From: Marsupella aquatica
Lineage: Eukaryota; Plantae; Marchantiophyta
DNA length: 64,000 bases
Assembly: GCA_973895155.1 (NCBI GenBank)
Contig: OZ316894.1
Location: forward strand, 681,968-745,967
Direction: 5' to 3'
Every line of letters starts with the position of its first letter. Within the stretch, counting starts at the first letter, position 1. Under the pieces are notes generated by a model that was not told where the DNA came from, searched no databases, and saw only the letters and a program-made list of their open reading frames with translations. A program made the position numbers and the translations under genes. This document shows positions 62,195 to 64,000 of the stretch, in pieces.

Positions 62195-63290
62195 TGGTGT
62201 CACAACCAATCATGGGTTTGGGGTACAGATGGAGTTTGGACTTTGCTGGTCCATTACCTCTTACCTAACAACATAATCAGTATGTTTTGGTCATGGTGAA
62301 GCACTTCTCCAAGTGGATTGAGCTAGTGGCGTTGCCAGATAAAGCTAGTGGAGGAGTTACTGCCACATTTTTGGATCGTGTACTCAGTCAGTTTGGAGCA
62401 CCAGCTGAGGTGTTGACTGATCAGGGAACAGAGTTCCGTGGGGAGTTTGAGAGTTTGTGTGAGCAAGCTCTGATTGATCATCATACTACTTCTTGTGATC
62501 ATCCTGAGGCAGATGGATTGGCTGAGAGAGTAGTGCAAATCGTGAAGAGAGGGTTGTGCAAGTATGGCTTGCAGGTTGGTCATCTGGGAGATTGGGATCT
62601 CTAGTTACCTTGGTTAGCTATGGGCTACCATTTCAGCCGACAAGCATCACTTGCATCCTTCTCACCTTATTTCTTGCTCTATGGTAGAGAAGTACCAACT
62701 ATGCAGATTTGCCAACATCTATTTGTCGTGATGTTGCATCAGTTGTGAACTTGGCTGATCCTGATGTTTGGGTCAAGGTTTGTTCTGAGAGGGGCAAGGT
62801 TTTTGAGAGAATCATGCCCATGGCCTTTGACAACCTTGCCATCGCCCAACATCGTGATACTCTACGGTATGCCACTATTCGTGGAGAAGGTTATCGTGCC
62901 AGGATTCGGCAATTGTATCTTGGTGATTATGTTCATTTGCAGCAGACAACTTCAACTACACTTGATGTGACCGCAGTCGGACCATTTTACGTGTGCGTGA
63001 AGTGTTGCCTTTTGGTGTCCTAATGTTGGAGGGACATGACGATATGGTTTGGAAGGATCATGTGCGCAATTGTGCACCATGTCATCTTCCAAACATTGAT
63101 GGTATAGTAGATCCAAGCTTGGCACATGTTCGTGCTGGCTTGAAGTGTATGTTGTGTGGATCGATCTGCTTAGGGAGGAGCTACTATGTTGATTTGTGAT
63201 AAGTGTTCTAGAGGATGGCACATGTCATGTTTGACACCACCATTGCAGGTGACTCCTAGTGAAACATGGTTGTGTCCTCAATGTCGATAA
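62195..63290 (+). pseudogene. Ty3/Gypsy integrase (5' truncated) with C-terminal PHD finger
   Basis: Integrase motifs WSLDFAGPL, HFSKWIELV, LTDQGTEF and HPEADGLAER. PHD motif CMLC...LICDKCSRGWHMSCLTPPL...WLCPQC. Stops and frameshifts are present. Confidence 0.85.
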
Positions 63291-63451
63291 AGTCGCCTAG
63301 TTATCATTTGTATTCTCTTGGAAGATATGGATTGCAGGTAGGTGATTGATGGGGCTCACTTGCAAGCGGCCTCTTGATCTTCACACCTAAAAAGGTGTAT
63401 ATCCACCTTCTAGAACTCATGGCTAGCTAGAGTTAGGGGACCTTACTCCCA

Positions 63452-64000
63452 GCTAGGGGGCGATTGTGGGTTTTGGACATGTGTGGAGATGAGTTCCACT
63501 TGCAGCCCATTCTCTTATGTTTGTCTGTACTCATGTTTGTATATGTGTGACATGCAATGTATGTTGTGTAGCGATGTGTATGCGCACAACAACTGTCACA
63601 CCATTCTAGGTAGCATTAGAGTATAGGTCAAGTGCAAGCTAGAGGGGTACTGAAAGGATCTTCATTTTCTCCACCAAAAGGACATAGGTCCTTGGTAAAA
63701 GCAATCACTAGCAGACAAAAAGACCAAAATGTTAATATATGGAATGGCCAAGATTGTTTTGGTGAGATTGAAAGGTTAGATCATGCATGCCAAATGTTTG
63801 GAAGTGTGTCCAAATGTTTTGGAATTGTAGAAGTGTGCCCAATCTTTTTGGAAGTGTGCACAACATTGTTGGCAGTGCCCCCAATTGTTTGGAAGTGTGC
63901 CCAACTTTTTTGGGAGTGTGCTCAACTAAATTTGAATGACATTTCTAGTCCTTTCCCTCTCCTTTTTGAGCTAGACCTTGGGGACTCCTTTGGTACCCCT
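63452..64000 (+). mobile_element. PPT and LTR sequence of the Gypsy element, with ~21-bp degenerate repeats at ~63790-63926
   Basis: PPT-like AGGGGGCGA, then TGTGGG...CACAACA (63465-63591), then TGTCACACCATTCTAG at 63594. The repeat unit is approximately TTGGAAGTGTGCCCAA. Confidence 0.6.

Overview
Plant nuclear DNA that is rich in transposons. The PLS-DYW editing factors and TE ORF types suggest a bryophyte, but that is an inference. There is one intact host gene, a PLS-class PPR-DYW RNA-editing factor (5007-8780, minus strand) built from near-identical 303-bp repeats. A divergently oriented paralog is now a pseudogene split into three pieces (12838-13397, 32548-32906, 44673-44723). It was split by a 19.15-kb CACTA element (13398-32547, TSD GTA) and an 11.8-kb Mutator-like element (32907-44672, TSD CGCTTTCAC). 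Both DNA transposons carry unusual cargo. The MULE encodes a spliced ParB/Srx-like + beta-class amino-DNA-methyltransferase-fold protein, transcribed divergently from its transposase. It also carries about 19 copies of a 15-bp palindrome, TAGCGCCNGGCGCTA, in its non-coding DNA; this is the best candidate for a new system. The CACTA encodes an ORF with a histone-H3-tail mimic fused to EDM2-like PHD fingers, plus an F-box ORF. The rest of the window is nested LTR retroelements: a Copia element, two Bianca-like Copia copies, three 4.3-4.8-kb ORF-containing solo-LTR-like units nested in each other, and a Gypsy integrase with a PHD finger. A small nad5 NUMT and telomere-like tracts are also present. 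All domain calls come from reading motifs by eye; no database searches were run.
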